64,000 nucleotides of DNA, from positions 31,837 through 95,836 of the forward strand of contig CAWJRJ010000030.1 in assembly GCA_963845245.1 (NCBI GenBank), in the 5' to 3' direction. The position numbers and the translations under genes are program-made. This DNA is from Nitrospirota bacterium (GTDB lineage Bacteria; Nitrospirota; JACRHJ01). Every line of letters begins with the position of its first letter. Within the stretch, counting starts at the first letter, position 1. Shown one piece after another: positions 62,287 to 64,000 of the stretch. A model generated the notes under the pieces. That model searched no databases. It saw only the letters and a program-made list of their open reading frames with translations, and had not been told where the DNA came from.

Positions 62287-63812
62287 GGGTTCTCGTCTTT
62301 GATGATATTTTTCAGGCCGGTGGAGGATATTATCGTCTTGAGGTCAATGCTTTTTCCCACGTGGTCAGCCAGCAGCTCAAACCCTTGTTCCTTAAGGGCC
62401 GAGTAATCAACCATATCCGAGGCATCCACACCGCCCTTTTCATCCCTCATCCCGGAAAGCAGGCCCCGGCGGAACTGGTCGTTCTCGAATATGCCATGCA
62501 TGTACGAGCCCCAGACCCGGCCGCTCTTGTCTATCGCTCCGTCTTCATAAGAAGCCACGATGCCGTTTTTTGTTTTTACAAGAAAGAGCGGGTATGCTTC
62601 CGACCCGAGGACAGTCCTGCCCATATGGATCTCATAGCCCGAAACGGTCCCGCCTTCTCCGGATATCTGCTCCGCCTCCACAAGAGCGGTAACCTTGTCC
62701 TCGTATAGAATGGTCTCTGCGTCCAGGATACCCATGCCAGCAACTGAACCCGCAGAAGATTCTACGCCGTATGGGTCGCTGATAACTCTCCCGAGCATCT
62801 GGTAGCCCCCGCATATGCCCGCCACCATACCGCCGGAACGGAAATAAGACACCGTCTTTTTTTCAAGGCCGCGCTCCCTCAGGTCAATGAGGTCGGATAT
62901 CGTGTTCTTACTGCCGGGGATAATGACTATGTCGGGGTTCCCGAAATCCTCAACGCCCCTTATATATCTCACCCTCACGCCGGGTTCCTGGGCAAGCGGG
63001 TCGAAATCGGTAAAGTTTGATATGTGCCCCAGCCTCAGGACCCCCACATCCACTGCACCGTCTTCAAGGCCAGCCCCTGAAGGGAGGCCGTCCAGCGTGA
63101 CACCGTCCTCCTCCTGTATGTGGATGTTGTTAAAATACGGTATCACCCCCAGCACAGGTTTGCCCGTTTTCTGCATAAGAAAATCGTAGCCCTCGTTTAA
63201 CAGAGACGGGTCTCCCCTGAATTTGTTTATCAGAAACCCGCACACAAGGGAGCGCTCTTCCGGGTCCAGGATATCCATAGTGCCGAGCAATGAGGCAAAC
63301 ACCCCGCCCCTGTCTATATCTGCCGCGATGAGCACGCTTGCGCCCGCCATCATTGCGGTTTTCATATTCACTATGTCATTTCGCTTCAGGTTTATCTCTG
63401 CGGGGCTTCCTGCGCCTTCTATTATTATCAGGTCATGCCTTGAGGCAAGCTCTTGGTAGCATTCCTCCACAGCTCGGAACGCCTCGTCCTTGTAGGCGTG
63501 GTACTCCCTGACGCTCATGTTGCCGATTACGCGCCCCTTTACTATGACCTGGGCTCCGGTATCGCAGTTCGCCTTCAGGAGTATCGGGTTCATCAGGACC
63601 GAAGGTGCAATGCCGGCGGCCTCTGCCTGGTAGGCCTGTGCGCGCCCTATCTCGCCGCCCTCGGGAGTGATGAACGAATTCAGCGCCATATTCTGCGCCT
63701 TGAACGGGGCGACGTTGACGCCCATCCGTTTGAATATCCTGCATAGGGCGGCCACGATCACGCTCTTCCCGACGTGAGAGCCGGTCCCCTGTACCATCAA
63801 CGCTTCTGACAT
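62283..63812 (-). CDS. cbiP: Cobyric acid synthase (CbiP/CobQ)
   Basis: MVQGTGSHVGKS, PFKAQNMALNS, EGAGSPAEINL, DIDRGG, ISNFTDFDPL, GICGGYQMLG and YMHGIF. Confidence 0.97.
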   Translation of the reverse strand: MSEALMVQGTGSHVGKSVIVAALCRIFKRMGVNVAPFKAQNMALNSFITPEGGEIGRAQAYQAEAAGIAPSVLMNPILLKANCDTGAQVIVKGRVIGNMSVREYHAYKDEAFRAVEECYQELASRHDLIIIEGAGSPAEINLKRNDIVNMKTAMMAGASVLIAADIDRGGVFASLLGTMDILDPEERSLVCGFLINKFRGDPSLLNEGYDFLMQKTGKPVLGVIPYFNNIHIQEEDGVTLDGLPSGAGLEDGAVDVGVLRLGHISNFTDFDPLAQEPGVRVRYIRGVEDFGNPDIVIIPGSKNTISDLIDLRERGLEKKTVSYFRSGGMVAGICGGYQMLGRVISDPYGVESSAGSVAGMGILDAETILYEDKVTALVEAEQISGEGGTVSGYEIHMGRTVLGSEAYPLFLVKTKNGIVASYEDGAIDKSGRVWGSYMHGIFENDQFRRGLLSGMRDEKGGVDASDMVDYSALKEQGFELLADHVGKSIDLKTIISSTGLKNIIKDENP

Positions 63813-63813
63813 G

Positions 63814-64000
63814 TTACTCGCCTTTTATAGCCTTTAGAGCTACTTCCAATAATGTTTTGTTGGCAGCGCCCAGAAACGGGCTGGTCCTTCCAAGCCCGAG
63901 CGGGCTATCCTCGAGGCTTCCCCCATGAATATCCGTTACTACCCCGCCGGCCTCATGGGTAAGAAGCCAGCCGGCCGCATAGTCAAAACTCCTGGAAGGA
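63814..64000 (-). CDS. C-terminal part of an inositol monophosphatase/FBPase-family protein; runs off the window
   Basis: Not in the ORF track. Manual translation ...RSFDYAAGWLLTHEAGGVVTDIHG... carries the D.AAG.....EAGG.VTD IMPase motif; stop lies 1 nt before the cbiP start. Confidence 0.75.
   Translation of the reverse strand, partial: PSRSFDYAAGWLLTHEAGGVVTDIHGGSLEDSPLGLGRTSPFLGAANKTLLEVALKAIKGE

Noticed and set aside
57516..64000. Cobalamin riboswitch
   Set aside because: The cob genes overlap or abut, leaving no room, and the operon 5' end lies outside the window.

Overview
A 64 kb, mid-to-high GC, mostly minus-strand chromosomal segment from an anaerobe-like bacterium. Gene order and protein style suggest Nitrospirota or Desulfobacterota (inference only). 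Housekeeping content: trpE-G-D-C-trpB2, PBP1A, argS-prmA, pgm-eno-ftsB-GH57, gcvH-lpdA, bioD, purMN-livGF, a long yceD-rpmF-plsX-fab-rnc operon, pilD, recG, rpmB, ridA, relA/spoT, recJ, secDF, tgt-yajC and a cobamide operon (cbiP, cbiB, cobD). Many genes, including essential ones (argS, fabH), carry single-base indels that look like long-read assembly errors rather than pseudogenisation. I saw no tRNA, rRNA, CRISPR array, integrase or transposase. Most interesting: (1) an acyl-CoA dehydrogenase plus EtfB plus ferredoxin-fused EtfA module embedded in the FAS-II operon between fabH and fabD, with no fabI/fabK in the window, a candidate electron-bifurcating enoyl-ACP reductase; (2) a LexA-linked three-gene cassette (small beta-rich protein, active Y-family polymerase with clamp and RecA-NT-like motifs, LexA) behind a palindromic operator matching both CTGT-N8-ACAG and GTAC-N4-GTRC, a candidate uncharacterised mutasome; (3) a vapBC module bracketed by two synonymous copies of the last 21 codons of livF; (4) a secreted beta-helix/FN3/heptaheme cytochrome c; (5) a hybrid histidine kinase overlapping its neighbours inside the cobamide operon.
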